Below are positions 61,169-64,000 of a DNA stretch of 64,000 nt, in pieces; within the stretch, counting starts at the first letter, position 1; every line of letters begins with the position of its first letter. The DNA lies in the NCBI GenBank assembly GCA_964252035.1, contig OZ176206.1, one strand, 5' to 3'. Source of the stretch: Podarcis erhardii. Taxonomy: Eukaryota. The position numbers were made by a program, and so were the translations under genes. The notes under the pieces were generated by a model that saw only the letters and a program-made list of their open reading frames with translations, was not told the origin of the DNA and ran no database searches.

Positions 61169-61281
61169 CTGTACAAGACATCTGTGGGCATGCTCATAAG
61201 ATGGTAAAGCTCCCTCCCCTATCAGCTCGGTATCAAAAAGCTCTGTTATCAGGATGTTTGCACGACACTGCATGTCTCCAT
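61169..61281 (-). CDS. PRMT7: PRMT7 coding exon, [38 protein letters not shown] (113 bp)
   Basis: Not in the ORF track; found by reading. cctag|AT acceptor, CAG|gtaagg donor. Contains the double-E loop [11 protein letters not shown]. Confidence 0.97.
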
Positions 61282-61623
61282 CTAGGAAGCATAGCACAAG
61301 ACAAATAGGAGTATGCTGGTTTCTTTCTTTTCTCTTTCTTTTTCAAAGCAGGTTGCTGTGCTAATGTTAAGTCACCTCAAATAGGAGATAGGGAATGGCC
61401 TCAGGACTGCTTCTGTTCTCTTCTATACAGCAGTGACCCTTCTGTTCTTCCTTCTCATCCCCTCCCTTCCTTGAAATTAGAGGAAGCCAGCCTCTATTAT
61501 ATGTAAACCACTCCAAAAACATGTTTGAAGGATGGCATACAATTTGTTTTAATGAAACAAAGAACTAAATAAAGATATCCTTTGTTCCATGCAACATGAG
61601 AATACAGTCCACATTAATCTCAC

Positions 61624-61732
61624 CAGGCCCCACTGTGACTTCAGTGGAGTGCTTGTTGATGATCTTTATCTTGTCGCTAAAGCCGTTTTTCTCCACTATC
61701 TTCACAGCTGTATCAGCCATAGGTTTGAAGAC
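61624..61732 (-). CDS. PRMT7: PRMT7 coding exon, [36 protein letters not shown] (109 bp)
   Basis: ctgcag|GTC acceptor, CTG|gtgaga donor. Matches recalled PRMT7. Confidence 0.97.
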
Positions 61733-63209
61733 CTGCAGTATAATAATCCTTATATTTAGATAGATCTGAAGTAACATTTGACTCAGGTACTTCCTAGGAC
61801 ACAGCACAGAGACACAGCCATTACACTACACCAGCTCTCAAGAACACAACCAAGCTAATGGCACCTACATTCAAGATACAAACACCACCAGAAAATTACT
61901 GTATTGTGTTATGGGAAATACTTACCACAGGATAAACATTTAATCACATTTAATGCTGCCAAATAGAAGACTTAGTTGGTACTGGGTAGTACCTGTCTGT
62001 GGCTTTTCCCAAGGAAATTAAAAATGTGTTTGTTTACATAGTTTATATCACACACCTTAAACATAAATGTATGTGCCCTGGGCAGATAAGGGAAAAATAC
62101 AATTGAAAACTACTACTAAGTTAAATTAAGCATACAAACTAGCACAACAAATGAGAACAACCAACTGCTGTTTTATATTAAGAATCCCTGCCCATATTTT
62201 ATCATCTTGCATGAAAGATCTAATCACTTAGGCTTCAATTCTATACACATAACTCAATGGTGTTTATGTCTGAGCAGCCATGCATAGGATTCCTCCATTA
62301 GTGCCCAGTTTCAGATCCAATACATACAAAAGTTGGATGGGATTTTTAACTGGTCTAGGCAACAGAAAGAAACTGGGTTTCTAATAAGAGCCAATAGTCT
62401 GCTCTCTGGCAAAGACTGAGAAATCTAACTTTGCATTCTCAAAAGCACAGATGAGACCTCCAATGAAGCACATACCTCCTGGCAATGTTAAAATGTGTAC
62501 CTAATTAAGGCATGAACCCTGGCAAAACAAGACTGCCTTCCACCTCCAAAGCTGCCAGAAATGAACTGCTCCTTGCCAAAATGTAAATATGAAATGAAAG
62601 TTGAGGGGGGAAACAGATGGCTACACACCACCAGTGACCAAAAAGTCTGCTTTCATGAGTCAATGCTTTTTCAAAAGCAAAAAACAAACCCAAATTAAAA
62701 TTACAGCACTAAAATTCATTTCACTATTACTCTGAATAAATATATAACATTAAAACTTTCCTAAGATACCATACAGCAATCCAGACCAACTCATGTTTAG
62801 AATAGCCTCATCAAAATCAATGGGATGAATTAATCATGGATAGTTTAAGCATCTATAATTAAGCAGAACTAGTCTGGATTAAGCTCAGAGATACTTTGGT
62901 TGCTTTGCCCCATTTTCAAGGAGTGGGGAATACAAAGTAGACTGAAATGCACCATCCAAAGTGAAGTTTCTTGAACACTGTGCTTTACTAGCAACGATAA
63001 GGACAACAAACACTAAATATTAAAGCAACGTTTCAGGAACAAAAGAGTGCCATAAGGAAAGTACAGATGGCTGTAGAATAAACACACAGACCAGAGCAAT
63101 ATTAGTCCCTATCACATACAATTTTGTTTACAAATCTGCTTTAAGGATCTGCCTCCTGCATAACTGATTTATATCTGGTACGTAGGGACAGGGGAGCAAT
63201 AATACCTAC

Positions 63210-63359
63210 CTCAACAGCATAGCAGAAATCTGCCCCGGCTGTAGCTGCCATCATAGACAAGAGTCCAGTGCCAGTCCCAATGTCTAGGACAATGGCTCTG
63301 TCTCCTCTTTCCTTCACTCTGTCCACTGCAGCACGAATACCCTGAAAATACTTTGCATT
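63210..63359 (-). CDS. PRMT7: PRMT7 coding exon, [50 protein letters not shown] (150 bp)
   Basis: cacag|AAT acceptor, GAG|gtaggt donor. Contains SAM-binding motif I (VLDIGTGTG). Confidence 0.97.
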
Positions 63360-64000
63360 CTGTGGAAAATGACAAACCTGACAGTTGCTTCAACAAGACC
63401 AATGTTTGTTTAAATGTGAGACACATGCCCTCCAAGGTTAATAAATTTGAATCTGCAAGCATTTAAATGTCGTAGGTTAAAAGGCATTATCTTTTCAGTG
63501 GATGATCAATATGCAGATCCATAAGATTTTGTTTGCAGTACACTTATTAGAAGCCTGATAAATTCAGTATTATCTCCATGATAAATGTCTGAAAACATTA
63601 AAGGGAGGAAAAGCTAAAGCTAAATACTATTCACAAGAATGCAGCCCCAGCACTTTTAAGAACAACTGATATTCCCATTACTCTCTTTCCCAATCCTCTT
63701 TAAGTATTTCATTCTAAATAAAACTTTTAAACCCTCTAAATATTGGAATACACAGCAGCAGAAGCTTGGGATGCTTTGCTTTGCATTGCTTTAAGTGAAA
63801 TGGTTAGTTTGCCTATGATTTTTCATTCTTTTCCTGCCAACTCTTTTCAAATAGAGACACTTGGGAATTTGCAAGCATTTAAAGCCCGATACAGATGGAC
63901 AAAATTCCCTTCAGGAAGTGATTTCTGACAGGCCTTTTTGATCCCTGACATCTTTTTTTTAAAAATGTCACCTTCTTAAAAGATTAATTAAAGGAACAGC

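Overview
Vertebrate genomic DNA from a squamate reptile, probably a lacertid-type lizard (inferred from Sauria/Squam SINEs, CR1/L2/L1 LINE tails and hAT/Tc1 MITEs). Two genes converge tail-to-tail. SMPD3 (neutral sphingomyelinase 2, + strand) contributes its last 6 coding exons (11804-27619; 651 nt = 216 aa + stop); its large first coding exon lies left of the window. PRMT7 (type III arginine methyltransferase, - strand) contributes its last 15 coding exons (63359 down to 45409; 1941 nt = 646 aa + stop); about 44 N-terminal aa lie right of the window. All introns between these exons are GT-AG and the exon phases join without a frame break. The rest is intron or intergenic DNA rich in transposable elements. 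Several insertions keep exact target-site duplications: an L1 (18 bp), three hAT elements (8 bp, one nested in a SINE), three TA-flanked Tc1/pogo MITEs and a probable ERV solo LTR (4 bp). I found no convincing novel biological system. The best leads are regulatory: a near-consensus CTCF site between the two genes, a miR-183-type extended site in a cluster of seed matches in the SMPD3 3' UTR, candidate intronic enhancers, and two GC-rich hAT elements that may carry captured sequence. Exon numbering, orthologue comparisons and repeat family names are from memory, not from database searches.
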